From assembly GCA_036677065.1 (NCBI GenBank), contig JAKFBS010000003.1, positions 352,001 through 416,000 of the forward strand: 64,000 nucleotides of DNA, given 5' to 3'. Below, in pieces: positions 59,118 through 64,000 of this stretch. Positions within the stretch are counted from its first letter, which is position 1, and every line of letters begins with the position of its first letter. Made by a program: the position numbers and the translations under genes. The stretch is from Bdellovibrio sp. (lineage in GTDB: Bacteria > Bdellovibrionota > Bdellovibrionia > Bdellovibrionales > Bdellovibrionaceae). The notes under the pieces are model-generated. The model was not told where the DNA came from. It saw only the letters and a list, made by a program, of their open reading frames with translations, and did no database searches.

Positions 59118-60209
59118 ATGTCTAACATCAATGGTAGAAAATTATTGTCGGTAGCTACATTAATGTCATTGGCCCTATTAACTATGGCTAATCAAAAGTG
59201 CAAAGAGGAGCCTGTAAAAGTCAGACAGCTTAAAAAAAACGTGCAAGTTTTAAAAGTAGAAGCTTCATCGTTTTTAGATAATGCTGGATTTAACTTTTCA
59301 GAAGTTGCACAAAGTCAGTTCTCAGGCGTGATCTTTGAAGAAGAATCAATGTTTGAACGCAACGTTTATCCCAAGCCTGACCAATCCACGCAAGGAATGA
59401 CAACAGGTTTGCAAAAGACATCTGTAGAAAATAAACAAATGGTGCAACTTAAAACTTGGTTTCCAACGATGAAAGCCAGTGAAGTGCAACTATCGCGTGA
59501 TTCAAGCTGTTTAGTTTCTCGTCCCCAGCATTTACTGTACGGAAAAATTAATTCATTAGAAGCCTATTCAGGTATGAATTTGCAATTCGGTTTTAATTCG
59601 ACGGCGGTACAAATTCCGTTAACTGCAAAATTTAAAATGGATAAAATGCGCATGGATTTAAGTTTTCATGCTTATGATCCATGGAGTTCACAACAAATGG
59701 CTGCGGTAAATTCAGAAGTGATCAAGAAAGATTATTCTGCAGGTTTTGGAATCGATTTAGGAATTATTCATATCGGTCCAGAATTTTACCGGGTCACGGG
59801 AATGGCAGAAACTGTTTTAAAGGGATTAAAACAATCCATCAAAGATATTTCAGCAAAACTTAAATCATTAGATCGCCAAGAATGGCATACAAGAATTTTG
59901 ATCAGTCGTGATAATTATGTAGTTATCGTGGGTGGGGCAGAGCTTGGTCTTAAAAAAGGTGACCGCTTAAAAGTAGAAAACGAAGTCCATGATTGGATGG
60001 GCGAACCTTGCGGTGAAGGCAGCGTGTTATTGGGTTCAGTATCGGTCACAAACGACCCGTGGATTATCGAAATCGAAGATGCCGGAAACTTAATGGCTAA
60101 GGCCCGCGTTTTAAACCCTCGCGAAGACGATTCTATCGAGGTAGGTGCCTTAACTCGCATCAGCCAGCTTTATGTTGAGCCGGTCGTAGCAACAAAGAAG
60201 AAAAAATAA
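59118..60209 (+). CDS. Exported CsgG/FlgT-like protein (possible lipoprotein)
   Basis: Hydrophobic leader ending MANQK-C; CsgG-like central strands; C-terminal VVIVGGAELGLKKGDRLKV resembling FlgT_C. Alternative GTG start at 59109. Confidence 0.6.
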   Translation: MSNINGRKLLSVATLMSLALLTMANQKCKEEPVKVRQLKKNVQVLKVEASSFLDNAGFNFSEVAQSQFSGVIFEEESMFERNVYPKPDQSTQGMTTGLQKTSVENKQMVQLKTWFPTMKASEVQLSRDSSCLVSRPQHLLYGKINSLEAYSGMNLQFGFNSTAVQIPLTAKFKMDKMRMDLSFHAYDPWSSQQMAAVNSEVIKKDYSAGFGIDLGIIHIGPEFYRVTGMAETVLKGLKQSIKDISAKLKSLDRQEWHTRILISRDNYVVIVGGAELGLKKGDRLKVENEVHDWMGEPCGEGSVLLGSVSVTNDPWIIEIEDAGNLMAKARVLNPREDDSIEVGALTRISQLYVEPVVATKKKK

Positions 60210-60266
60210 GCACATCTTAGAATCAATAATAGACTTACGCCGCTATAGCATGATAACTAGCGGCGT

Positions 60267-60860
60267 ATGTTTTCTGGAATCGTCGAGACCACGACAACTC
60301 TTATTCGCACCGAAAAAATGAACCAGGCTTCGCGCCTGTGGGTCAAGCGTCCGGCATCTTTTAATGATATCAAAATTGGCGACAGTATTTGTGTAAACGG
60401 TGCCTGTTTAACCGTTGAAGCATTTGATCAAAACGAAATGCAGTTTTGTTTGGGATTAGAAACCTTAACGTTGTTAGATAAAAGTTTATCTTACTGGGAG
60501 CGTGTTCCTTTAAATCTTGAGCGTTCATTAAAATTCGGCGATCGCGTGCATGGGCATCTGGTCACAGGACACGTGGACGAAGCTGCAAAAATTGTTGTTT
60601 CAGAAGCCAACGGAGACGTTTGGGATTTAGCAGTTGAGGTATCACCTGAAATTACTAAATTTTTCTGGCACAAAGGTTCAGCCTGCATTAACGGCGTAAG
60701 TCTTACGATCAATAAAATTGAAAATAATTTTATTTTCTTCTGCTTAATTCCAGAAACTTTAAAAGTAACAAATCTTCAGTACTACAAAAAAAATGATTTT
60801 GTAAATATTGAATCTGACTATTTAGCGAAGGCCTACATCCGCTCACAAGGAACCAAATGA
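60267..60860 (+). CDS. ribE: Riboflavin synthase
   Basis: MFSGIVE, GDSICVNGACLTV, NLERSL, GHLVTGHVD, INGVSLT (ribC in E. coli nomenclature). Confidence 0.95.
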   Translation: MFSGIVETTTTLIRTEKMNQASRLWVKRPASFNDIKIGDSICVNGACLTVEAFDQNEMQFCLGLETLTLLDKSLSYWERVPLNLERSLKFGDRVHGHLVTGHVDEAAKIVVSEANGDVWDLAVEVSPEITKFFWHKGSACINGVSLTINKIENNFIFFCLIPETLKVTNLQYYKKNDFVNIESDYLAKAYIRSQGTK

Positions 60861-61471
60861 ATTCTATCCAAGATATCATCGCTGATTTTAAAGCCGGAAA
60901 ATTTGTTATCCTAGTGGATGATGAAAATCGTGAAAACGAAGGCGACTTAGTGATCGCCGCTGACGCCATTACTCCTGAAGCTGTAAACTTCATGGCTAAA
61001 GAAGCGCGTGGTTTAATTTGTTTATCGATGACGGCTTCGCAAATCGAAAAATTACAAATTCCGATGATGATTTCAAAATCGCACCAGCGTGGTGCTACAG
61101 AAACGGCATTCACTTATTCAATCGAAGCAAGTTTTGGGGTAACAACTGGAATCTCTGCTGCAGACCGTTCGCACACGATTAAAGTAGCTTCGCGCGAAAC
61201 AGCAAAAGCCAGTGATGTGATTGTGCCAGGGCACATCTTTCCTTTAAAAGCTCACTCGCAAGGTGTGTTGGGTCGCGCAGGCCATACAGAAGCCAGTGTT
61301 GATCTAGCTGTAATCACAAAACAAACCCCAGCCAGCGTAATTTGTGAAGTCATTAATGATGACGGCACTATGGCGCGTTTGCCAGATCTAATGATCTTTG
61401 CAAAAAAACATAATATTAAAATTGGAACTATCGAGGCGTTAATTGCCTACAGGAAATCACATGAAAGCTAA
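60857..61471 (+). CDS. ribB: 3,4-dihydroxy-2-butanone-4-phosphate synthase
   Basis: [35 protein letters not shown]; stand-alone, not fused to RibA. Confidence 0.96.
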   Translation: MNSIQDIIADFKAGKFVILVDDENRENEGDLVIAADAITPEAVNFMAKEARGLICLSMTASQIEKLQIPMMISKSHQRGATETAFTYSIEASFGVTTGISAADRSHTIKVASRETAKASDVIVPGHIFPLKAHSQGVLGRAGHTEASVDLAVITKQTPASVICEVINDDGTMARLPDLMIFAKKHNIKIGTIEALIAYRKSHES

Positions 61472-61949
61472 AAAAGCCGTAAAAAGTAAAGCCGTTAAAA
61501 ACAAACCTAAGGCTCCAAAAATTAAAATCGGGGTTGTGACTTCGCGTTTTAACGAAGAAATCACTTCAAAGTTAGAAGATGGTACTTTAGATTTTCTTGA
61601 ATCTGTAGAAGGCGTAGAAATTTTCTCGGTTCGTGTTCCAGGGGCTGTTGAAATCCCCTTAGCGGCGCAAGCGCTTTTAGAATACCAGAAGGTGGATGCC
61701 GTGATCACCCTTGGAGCAGTTATCCGCGGTGAAACCACTCATTACGAAGAGGTTTGCCGTTCTGTTGAGCGAAATTGCTCAAGATTAATGTTAGATTATA
61801 AAAAACCAATCGCTTTTGGTGTTTTAACCACTGAAACCGAAGAGCAAGCTTTAGACCGTGTCGGTGGTCGCCATGGTCACAAAGGAATTGATGCAGCCCA
61901 AGCAGCTCTTGAGATGATTGGACTTCTGCGCGAAATCAAGAAAAAATAA
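61461..61949 (+). CDS. ribH: 6,7-dimethyl-8-ribityllumazine synthase
   Basis: SRFN, VPGAVEIP, GAVIRGETTHY, FGVLT; ATG 61461. Confidence 0.96.
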   Translation: MKAKKAVKSKAVKNKPKAPKIKIGVVTSRFNEEITSKLEDGTLDFLESVEGVEIFSVRVPGAVEIPLAAQALLEYQKVDAVITLGAVIRGETTHYEEVCRSVERNCSRLMLDYKKPIAFGVLTTETEEQALDRVGGRHGHKGIDAAQAALEMIGLLREIKKK

Positions 61950-61955
61950 AGGGGC

Positions 61956-64000
61956 ATGAGCACAAAGCCCACACAAAATGTCGAATCACTGAAAAGGCGA
62001 AAAGAAGTAATTTCTATTTTTGCCATTTCAATCTTGCTGGCAATTTTAGTAGGTATAGAAGTTTACGTATTCCGTTCAGGCCAGACTCTGCCAAGCCCGT
62101 ACATTATTTATTTCATCGGATTAGTGAACGTAAATTTAATCCTAGTCTTACTTCTGTTATTTTTAATTTTCCGAAACATCGTCAAAGTTTTTATCGAACG
62201 TCGTGGTAAAATCTTTGGTTCATCGCTAAAATCAAAATTGATTATCGCCTTTGCCACGTTCTCGGTAATTCCGACGTCGTTAGTTTTAATTCTTTCGGTG
62301 TTTTATCTAAATTCAAGTTTTGATCGTTGGTTTTCACAGCGCATGATCGGTATTTTAAAAAATGCCTCAGAAGTGATTGATTCCTTTATCGCGCAAGAAA
62401 AACGCAAAGGTTATGATTACGCGACAATGGTGGCCGAAGCTGTTGCCAAAACGCAGAGCCCGCAAAAACTAGACGACATGCTAAAAAAACTGCAAAAAGA
62501 TTATAAGCTTGATGTGGTTGAATATTATCCTGATCTTTTATCAGAACGTTATATCGCCCAAGATGCTAAAGCCGTCAGACAAGTGGTTCCGCGCCCTAAT
62601 TTTGATTTTTTGCAAAAGGGTTTTTTGCATGAAAGCCAGGCCAGTATTGTTCAAGTTTTTTCGGACGCCCATCTATTGCGTATGATGGTGCCCACTGAAA
62701 ATGGTGTGGTGGTGGTTTCAAAAGTCTTAAATCTTGCACCGGGTGCAAAATTTGATGATATCGTCGGCGCCTATCAAGAATTCCAAGACAACACGCTCAT
62801 TGAAAATCCATTAAAATCGATGTATTTTATCATGCAGATTGTAATGTCGCTGGTGATTTTATTTGCTGCCATTTGGTTTGGTTTCCATTTAGCTAAACAG
62901 CTTTCTGTACCGTTAGTGCAACTTGGCCGCGCAACTAAACGGGTTGCTGGCGGCGATTATTCTTCGTTAGAAATCGAATCGGGCAGTGAAGAAATTAGTA
63001 ATCTGATCGGAAACTTCAATCAGATGATTTCAAATCTGTCGTCATCAGAGCTTGAATTGCAGCAAACCATTAAAAATTTAAATCAATACACCTCTTATGT
63101 TGAAATCGTATTAGGTAACGTATCTGCCGGCGTTTTATCAGTAGATATGTCTGGTGTTGTCACCACGATGAATCGCCGCGCTGGTGAATTGTTAATTGTC
63201 GATCCTTCGAAAGCTGTCGGTAAACCGATCAAGCAGTTATTAGATGATCAGACTTACAAAATTTTCTCGCAGTTTGTAAAAGCCATGCAGGAAAATAATT
63301 TAACCAGTTTACAAAAAGAAATCCGTATCGAAGTCGATAAACAAACTGAAAACGGCATCGAAAAAGAACCTATTCCGTTATCTGTGCATGTTTCAATTTT
63401 ACGAAATGAATTTCAGCATCAAATCGGCCGCATCATGGTGTTTGACGATATGACCCCGATTGTAAATGCTCAGCGTGCAGCCGCCTGGTCAGAAGTGGCC
63501 CGTCGTATTGCTCACGAAATTAAAAATCCATTAACGCCAATTAAGTTAGCGGCAGAACGTATCGCCAAAAAATACGGCGGCCAAATCCAAGAGCAGGCTT
63601 TTAAAGATTCTATTCAAATGATCGTGTCGCAAGTCGATGACATGCGAAATCTGGTGAATGAATTCAGTCAGTTTGCGCGTATGCCAGAGCTAAAGCTGAT
63701 CCAAGCTCAGTTGAATGATGTGTTGCGGTCGATGTTTGAAGTGTATTCGCAAAATCACACTAAGATTAAGTTTAACCTAGAGCTTGATCCAAACTTGCCA
63801 GAATTTAAATTCGATCCGGCGCAATTAAAGCGCGTGTTTGTGAACTTGTTAGATAACGCGGTTCATGCAACTGAAGACGAAACAGCGCAGATTGCTCACC
63901 CAGAAGTGACAATTAAGACTGAATACCAAACGCAACATAGAATTGCCCGAATTTATATCATGGATAACGGCCTTGGAATCCCAGCCCGTGACCGTGTTCG
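61956..64000 (+). CDS. ntrY: NtrY-like HAMP-PAS sensor histidine kinase (partial, runs off window end)
   Basis: Not in the ORF track. Manual translation from ATG 61956 gives multiple TMs, SFDRWF, AAWSEVARRIAHEIKNPLTPI, EFSQFARMP, NLLDNA, DNGLGI. Confidence 0.85.
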   Translation, partial: MSTKPTQNVESLKRRKEVISIFAISILLAILVGIEVYVFRSGQTLPSPYIIYFIGLVNVNLILVLLLLFLIFRNIVKVFIERRGKIFGSSLKSKLIIAFATFSVIPTSLVLILSVFYLNSSFDRWFSQRMIGILKNASEVIDSFIAQEKRKGYDYATMVAEAVAKTQSPQKLDDMLKKLQKDYKLDVVEYYPDLLSERYIAQDAKAVRQVVPRPNFDFLQKGFLHESQASIVQVFSDAHLLRMMVPTENGVVVVSKVLNLAPGAKFDDIVGAYQEFQDNTLIENPLKSMYFIMQIVMSLVILFAAIWFGFHLAKQLSVPLVQLGRATKRVAGGDYSSLEIESGSEEISNLIGNFNQMISNLSSSELELQQTIKNLNQYTSYVEIVLGNVSAGVLSVDMSGVVTTMNRRAGELLIVDPSKAVGKPIKQLLDDQTYKIFSQFVKAMQENNLTSLQKEIRIEVDKQTENGIEKEPIPLSVHVSILRNEFQHQIGRIMVFDDMTPIVNAQRAAAWSEVARRIAHEIKNPLTPIKLAAERIAKKYGGQIQEQAFKDSIQMIVSQVDDMRNLVNEFSQFARMPELKLIQAQLNDVLRSMFEVYSQNHTKIKFNLELDPNLPEFKFDPAQLKRVFVNLLDNAVHATEDETAQIAHPEVTIKTEYQTQHRIARIYIMDNGLGIPARDRV

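Noticed and set aside
60210..60266. FMN riboswitch upstream of the rib operon
   Set aside because: The intergenic region is too short and lacks the conserved RFN motifs.
1..64000. CRISPR array, tRNA/rRNA, IS elements, anti-phage defence genes
   Set aside because: No regularly spaced repeats, cloverleaf motifs, transposase ORFs or defence-type domains were seen by eye; tRNAscan, CRISPR finders and DefenseFinder were not run.

Overview
This 64 kb window is gene-dense, AT-rich bacterial chromosome, almost certainly from a Bdellovibrionaceae predator. That placement is inferred from a CdgA-like degenerate GGDEF protein, GYF_2/PilZ and vWA lipoproteins, a short 276-aa flagellin and a split nuo operon. 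Most of it is core genome: a TolC/RND pair, a BMP-type nucleoside ABC transporter, nadB, a long cdgA-like/alr/mlaEFD/yhaM/cysE operon, HAD-rsmI-hrpB, phnDCE, an SMR exporter, nuoB-CD-E-F-G-I, recO, a Xer recombinase, a sigma54 activator, two RR-HK pairs, fliC, mpg, clpB, ribE-B-H and a partial ntrY. I found no rRNA, tRNA, CRISPR array, transposase or prophage. The most notable signals are regulatory or architectural: (1) a guanidine-III riboswitch with a readable anti-SD hairpin; (2) a ~270-nt structured flagellin leader with nine GGA motifs (CsrA target or sponge) and a mini-uORF; (3) a pseudo-histidine-kinase coupled to a pseudo-receiver/degenerate GGDEF protein; (4) a trans-envelope-type MlaD; (5) a repeated leaderless-mRNA promoter signature; (6) a set of sigma28-like promoters; (7) a basic/acidic histone-H1-like protein; (8) a CsgG/FlgT-like protein. 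All product calls come from motif recognition by eye; no database searches were run.
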